Shown here: piece by piece, positions 59,408-64,000 of the stretch
How positions within the stretch are numbered: position 1 is the first letter of the stretch
Layout of the letters: each line of letters begins with the position of its first letter
From: an uncultured Desulfosarcina sp.
Lineage (GTDB): Bacteria; Desulfobacterota; Desulfobacteria; Desulfobacterales; Desulfosarcinaceae
NCBI GenBank assembly: GCA_963674945.2
Contig: CAXXWQ010000004.1
Location: forward strand, 2,464,001-2,528,000
Length of the DNA stretch: 64,000 nucleotides
Direction: 5' to 3'
Made by a program: the position numbers and the translations under genes
The notes under the pieces: generated by a model
Databases searched by the model: none
Told to the model about the DNA's origin: nothing
Seen by the model: only the letters and a program-made list of their open reading frames with translations

Positions 59408-60076
59408 ATGCGTATCCCTTTTTTATCCATGTTCGTGACCTCACCTTTTAAAGGCCTGCAGGAACATGCCGAGATTGTGAAGGATTGCGCATGGGTTTTT
59501 CAGGAAGCAGTGGAGTGCCACATATCCGACAAGTGCGGTCACTTCGAGGAATTACGAAAAAAAATCATCGAAATGGAACGAAATGCGGATGCCGTAAAAC
59601 GCCGGATTCGTGGACACCTCCCCAAGGGCACGCTCATGCCGGTGGACAAATTTCAGCTTTTCCGCTACTTACGGGAGCAGGATTCAATGATCGATGCCGT
59701 GGAGGATGCACTGGACTGGCTGTCGTTTCGCCCTGAATCGGCCATACCGGAAGAACTGAAAAAAGACTTTGCCTTGTTTGTAGACAAGGTGGTGGACCCG
59801 ATCGATGAAATGATAAAAATGGTCGATGAGGCCAGGAAATACTTCGGAAGTTATTCCGAGGAACAGCGGGTGAAAGTCAAGGAAATCATCAGGACTCTTC
59901 GGCATCAGGAGCGAGAAGCGGACAAGGTGGAGTATATGATCAAGAAAAAAGTCTTTGGCATGGACATTGACCCGGTCACAGTATTTCACATCGTTCGGCT
60001 GGCTGAGATCATTGGCAACGTGGCGGATCACGCCGAGAACGCAGGTGACATGATGCGGGCCATGGTAGCCAGATAA
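59408..60076 (+). CDS. DUF47/PhoU-like phosphate transport regulator
   Basis: ERNADAVKRRIR, EREADKV and VADHAEN motifs. Adjacent to pit. Confidence 0.92.
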   Translation: MRIPFLSMFVTSPFKGLQEHAEIVKDCAWVFQEAVECHISDKCGHFEELRKKIIEMERNADAVKRRIRGHLPKGTLMPVDKFQLFRYLREQDSMIDAVEDALDWLSFRPESAIPEELKKDFALFVDKVVDPIDEMIKMVDEARKYFGSYSEEQRVKVKEIIRTLRHQEREADKVEYMIKKKVFGMDIDPVTVFHIVRLAEIIGNVADHAENAGDMMRAMVAR

Positions 60077-60333
60077 ATTTACGTAAAAACGCGGCGCCCA
60101 GGGTCAGGTCAAAATTTAAAAAGCGCTGCCACGAGATTGTTGGCAGAAACCTGGGCGATGGGGAATTTCTTCTTTTCGAGGCCGTATCGCCCTGGCTGTC
60201 TACTGTACTGGTTGGTTACCTTCGTGTTTGAATCGAAAGACAAAAGTGCTGCCAATAGGGGAACACGCCAGGAATGCCCAGCGAAACTTACCCTCCGAAA
60301 GTAAATTCTCAGTTGAACCTGCCGTATACAGGA

Positions 60334-61434
60334 TCAGTACGAGAGTATTCTCTCCGGATTCTGTTCCAGCATTTTATTCGATTCTTCACTTAAACCAACC
60401 ATCGCAAGCATCTTCGGTACGAACTCCACAATACGGGTATATCCATAATTACCGAACGAGACTCCGCAGAATTTACCGAGTGCATCCTGGCCAAGAACAA
60501 TCTGTGATCCATAACCTCTTTTCAGCAGATATACGAGTGCTTTGATTTTGTCATAGTCGTCAACCAATCTATAAGACGGATTGTCCATGGGGTTTCCCCA
60601 GCTGTCAAAACTGATATTGATGCCCTTATCCAAAAATTGTAATAGAAGTTTTGTATTCGTATCCAGATTTTTTGTAGCATCGATATCTGAAATATAGGCC
60701 ATAATACCTTTCGGGTCAGTCAAATAGGTATCCATGTGAAGCAATAACAGTTTTTCCGGTTGAACGCCACACTCGTTCAATATGATATCGACAGTCTGTA
60801 AAATATGATCGGTGTTGACTGGATAGGCCGAGTGAAGTTGAAGGGACATCCCGTTTTCTGCCGCAATCTTGGCACAAGCTCTGACAGCAGTAAGTTCCCT
60901 GTCATCAATCGTTCCGTTATCGTTTCGCTCGTTGATCGCGCATTTTAAAAAACCGGGCTTGATATTCGTTCCGTCAATGCCATCATGAATCTCTCGTTTA
61001 AAACAGGAGCTCATATACGCTTCACTTTTCCCGATAAACGCCTCTGGTTGCGAAACTGCTGTATATAATCCGGTAGCGCAAATGATATTGACACCCGATG
61101 CTTCGGACACTTTCAAAAGATCGACGGGGTCTCCCCGCAAGCCGATTGGTGAGCCATCGACAATCGATCGTCCACCAACCTTTTTGAATGCATTCAGTTC
61201 AGATAGGATAAAATCAGTGTCCGGTGAATTCCCTTCTGAAAATAACCATAAACCCTGTCTTAAAAACGAAAAATTTTCTAATTTAAAAGTCATTCTCTCC
61301 GGAGGCAGCATGGCCTTTATTCCGATTTTCGGGGCAAGCAGCAGACGTAAATCAGACAGGGTATGTTCGTGCATTGATGTTACGCCGAGTTCGTCGGGTG
61401 AAATATCGCCTCTCACAGTAGTTATTTTTTTCAT
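60334..61434 (-). CDS. Phosphotriesterase-family metallohydrolase
   Basis: ITTVRGDI, MHEH, GFLKC, LH, LHMD and LGQD metal ligands. Confidence 0.92.
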   Translation of the reverse strand: MKKITTVRGDISPDELGVTSMHEHTLSDLRLLLAPKIGIKAMLPPERMTFKLENFSFLRQGLWLFSEGNSPDTDFILSELNAFKKVGGRSIVDGSPIGLRGDPVDLLKVSEASGVNIICATGLYTAVSQPEAFIGKSEAYMSSCFKREIHDGIDGTNIKPGFLKCAINERNDNGTIDDRELTAVRACAKIAAENGMSLQLHSAYPVNTDHILQTVDIILNECGVQPEKLLLLHMDTYLTDPKGIMAYISDIDATKNLDTNTKLLLQFLDKGINISFDSWGNPMDNPSYRLVDDYDKIKALVYLLKRGYGSQIVLGQDALGKFCGVSFGNYGYTRIVEFVPKMLAMVGLSEESNKMLEQNPERILSY

Positions 61435-61447
61435 TGCAGTAGCCTTT

Positions 61448-61945
61448 TTATGCTATTGATTTTGCGATTTGCATAGCCAGTTCTTCCTGATTGAATTGAT
61501 TGCAATTAATCGTAACTTCGGCATATTTTTTATATAGAATCTGACGCTCTTTGAAAAGATCATAAAATGTTTGATCCTTCGCCTTCGCGATTCCTCTTGT
61601 GGAAAAATTACGAATTCTCTTTTTTATTTCTTCAAAATCAACTTCAAGAAATATTATTTTTGATATATTTCGCAGGTGGGCCATTGCTTTTTCACTATAT
61701 GCCGCACTTCCTCCGGTGGCGATAACATGGTTATGTATATTTAATTTGAGAATTTCCTTTTTTTCGATCATTCTTAAATTATAATGATCCGTCTCATCGA
61801 TTATTTGTTGCAGCGTCTTTTGCTGATTAATCTGAATCAGTACATCGGTGTCGATAAAGCCCAATCCTAAATTTTTTGCCAATATTATTCCGATCGTACT
61901 TTTTCCTGCACCAGGCATACCGATAAGCGTTATATTTGATTTCAT
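61448..61945 (-). CDS. aroK: Shikimate kinase family protein
   Basis: LIGMPGAGKST, FIDTD, VIATGGS and ERQILY motifs. Confidence 0.85.
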   Translation of the reverse strand: MKSNITLIGMPGAGKSTIGIILAKNLGLGFIDTDVLIQINQQKTLQQIIDETDHYNLRMIEKKEILKLNIHNHVIATGGSAAYSEKAMAHLRNISKIIFLEVDFEEIKKRIRNFSTRGIAKAKDQTFYDLFKERQILYKKYAEVTINCNQFNQEELAMQIAKSIA

Positions 61946-62014
61946 ACGTAATCTCTCAACATCGGTTTTCTTTTCCAAAGAAAAATCATAGAAAAATGAT
62001 GGATATGTTTTTTT

Positions 62015-64000
62015 TCATTGCGCGGCATTTCCTCTACAGATATTGGATTCAAAATCCCGGAAATTCCTCTCCAATTCGTCGTCGCCGAAATAGGGATGAA
62101 GTACCCGAGTCATCGTCATTACCGTACACGCCCTTTTTGTTTCACCAATTTGGTGGAGAGCGACGGCAGTTCGATACCGCGATTGGAACCAGTAGTATGT
62201 GCCCTCTTCTACGCCGTCTGAAAATTTCCGCCAGGCTTGAAGGGCCTTGCGCCACTGCCCCTTCCGCTCATAGATCAGCCCGAAACCATATACGGCGTCA
62301 GCGGATCGCCTGTTTCTTTCCAGAACATTTGAGTATAATTCCGCTGCTCGGTCGATGCGGTTTTCCTGCATGCAGATTTCGGCCATTCTCAGCGCAATGG
62401 ATTCGCAATCATTTGCATATGCGGCATCTTCCATTGAAATGGTGCCGAGCTTTTCATATATCGCCAGTGCTGCCAGGGCAAAACGGCTTGATAGGCGCTT
62501 TTCTGCTTTTGTGGAGGTTTTTTTCGATTTGGTGTAAAAACTGTTTGCCAGCGCATGCAGTTGGGCATATCGCAACGGATCGATGAGCGTGGTGCCCATG
62601 AAGCGGTCGACCTCCGTTTCAAAATGTTTTTCTCGTTGAAGCAATACGTAAAACTCGATTCTCAATTTGGCCGCCTCCGAAAATAGGCGCGTTTTTTCCG
62701 GATATCGCTGTTCAAATCCTTGAACCAGTCGAAGACCGCTCTCCCAGGCGTTCGCCTTTCCATGAAGGTAAAATTTCGCCTGGAGGACGGCCATGTAAGG
62801 TTGCAGCTTTTCCCAATTGACGGCAGCCTCTTCACCATCGGGTGCTGCCCGGCGACATTCATCGATCAAAAAGAGCCCTTCACGGTAGATGCGCATCTTT
62901 TCTTCTGCGTTTACGCTCCCCTTTTTTGAGAATCCATCGAGGCATTTGAGGCATGATTCCAGGACATAATACTTCGCCTGGAAAAAATTGGGCGAATCAT
63001 CCTTGACGGCTGAGAATTCATTTATTGCCCGATCGTATTTTCCAAACTTCTGATAGTGTCTGCCCAGCTGAAAACGTAGTTCGCTTCGGGCCTCACAGCC
63101 GTCGCAGACTTCCAGATACTTCTGAATCGCCGCAATATAGACTTCGTAGGCGCCGTCTTGTCCATTTTCTTTGTACAATTTTGAAGCGGCAGTGTAATAC
63201 AGGACCCCCGCCTCCTTTGCCAGCCGCGAATCAGAAAAATCCTCGTGAAATCCGTCCAGAAGCTTCACCACCTCCTGCCATTGCTGTTTTACATAAAAAA
63301 TGGTGGCAGTACGAAACTTCAGACGGTCCAGGGCCTGATTGAATGGCAGGGGCATGTCCCTTAGCAGTTGTCGGTAATAAAAAAGCGCATTGTCATAATC
63401 TTTTTTATCGAAAAAACAGTCGCCGATGGCCATGGTCGCAACCGGTCCCAGTTCGCTGTAAGGCAGATTTGCGAGTTGATCCGCAATCGTCTGAACATAC
63501 CGGTAGAATTGTTTGTTAATTCTTTTATTTTGTACCGCCAGTGGCCTCATTTCGTTGAAGGCACTTGCAGATCTTGAATCGACGTCCTTCGCTGTATCAC
63601 CGCCTTGTTCCGATTTTTTCATAATTTGCGATAGTTGTATGTTCGCTCGAAGATCATCTACGCCGTAGTTCATGCTTTCCGGCATACTGTCTTTGGGAAA
63701 CACCTCGTGAATCTTATCCAGCTTGCCAAGGGCCAGTCTGAAATTTCCGGTATCATAACTGATGGATGCCTCCTCGAAAAGACATTTTGCGTACAGCAAA
63801 TCCTCTTTTTTGCTAAGATCCTTCACCGTTTTGAAATCATACAGTGCATTCTGAAAATCCTTGCGCTGTTTATAACAAAGACCTCGCCCATAAAGGCTCT
63901 TTGCAATGACCGTTTCCTCTTCAAAATCGATGAACGCCCTGCTGAACCCATCGATTGCTTCCATTAGCATTCGTTTTCTTTCAGGATCACTTTCCGGGAT
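62015..64000 (-). CDS. Large TPR-repeat protein, 5' end outside the window
   Basis: Repeated TPR helices. The frame is open to base 64000. Confidence 0.8.
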   Translation of the reverse strand: MPESDPERKRMLMEAIDGFSRAFIDFEEETVIAKSLYGRGLCYKQRKDFQNALYDFKTVKDLSKKEDLLYAKCLFEEASISYDTGNFRLALGKLDKIHEVFPKDSMPESMNYGVDDLRANIQLSQIMKKSEQGGDTAKDVDSRSASAFNEMRPLAVQNKRINKQFYRYVQTIADQLANLPYSELGPVATMAIGDCFFDKKDYDNALFYYRQLLRDMPLPFNQALDRLKFRTATIFYVKQQWQEVVKLLDGFHEDFSDSRLAKEAGVLYYTAASKLYKENGQDGAYEVYIAAIQKYLEVCDGCEARSELRFQLGRHYQKFGKYDRAINEFSAVKDDSPNFFQAKYYVLESCLKCLDGFSKKGSVNAEEKMRIYREGLFLIDECRRAAPDGEEAAVNWEKLQPYMAVLQAKFYLHGKANAWESGLRLVQGFEQRYPEKTRLFSEAAKLRIEFYVLLQREKHFETEVDRFMGTTLIDPLRYAQLHALANSFYTKSKKTSTKAEKRLSSRFALAALAIYEKLGTISMEDAAYANDCESIALRMAEICMQENRIDRAAELYSNVLERNRRSADAVYGFGLIYERKGQWRKALQAWRKFSDGVEEGTYYWFQSRYRTAVALHQIGETKRACTVMTMTRVLHPYFGDDELERNFRDFESNICRGNAAQ

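Noticed and set aside
1..64000. CRISPR array, tRNA or rRNA genes
   Set aside because: No regularly spaced repeats or recognisable structural RNA signatures were seen.

Overview
A 64-kb chromosomal window from a sulfate-reducing deltaproteobacterium. A Desulfobacterales/Desulfosarcina-like source is inferred from gene content only. Left end: a hydrogenase maturation protease is coupled to an HdrA-family gene that carries an in-frame UGA (selenocysteine, with a SECIS-like hairpin) and an N-terminal excisionase-like HTH domain; an array of 9-bp direct repeats lies upstream. Next come two MCP chemoreceptors, then a tandem array of [small periplasmic binding-like protein + outer-membrane beta-barrel] modules: two intact and one truncated, frameshifted porin copy. 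The middle holds mixed metabolic genes, gene remnants (DnaJ-like, Hsp20, L,D-transpeptidase), a patatin-POTRA-barrel protein, an intact IS1380 with a 5-bp TSD inserted between a predicted sigma54 promoter and an unannotated 55-aa membrane ORF, a PAS sigma54 activator, an amidohydrolase, and an RND pump whose TolC carries an extra N-terminal binding-protein-like domain. A roughly 17-kb N-methylamine catabolic cluster follows: RpiR, MttB-like, OpuC-like ABC, GFA, MmgE/PrpD, CN-hydrolase, a second ABC and sarcosine oxidase BDAG. The window ends with Pit/DUF47, an AT-rich phosphotriesterase plus shikimate kinase pair, and a partial TPR gene. A 124-bp palindromic repeat occurs as 4 full copies and 1 partial copy. 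I saw no rRNA, tRNA or CRISPR array. All calls come from manual motif recognition; no database search was run.
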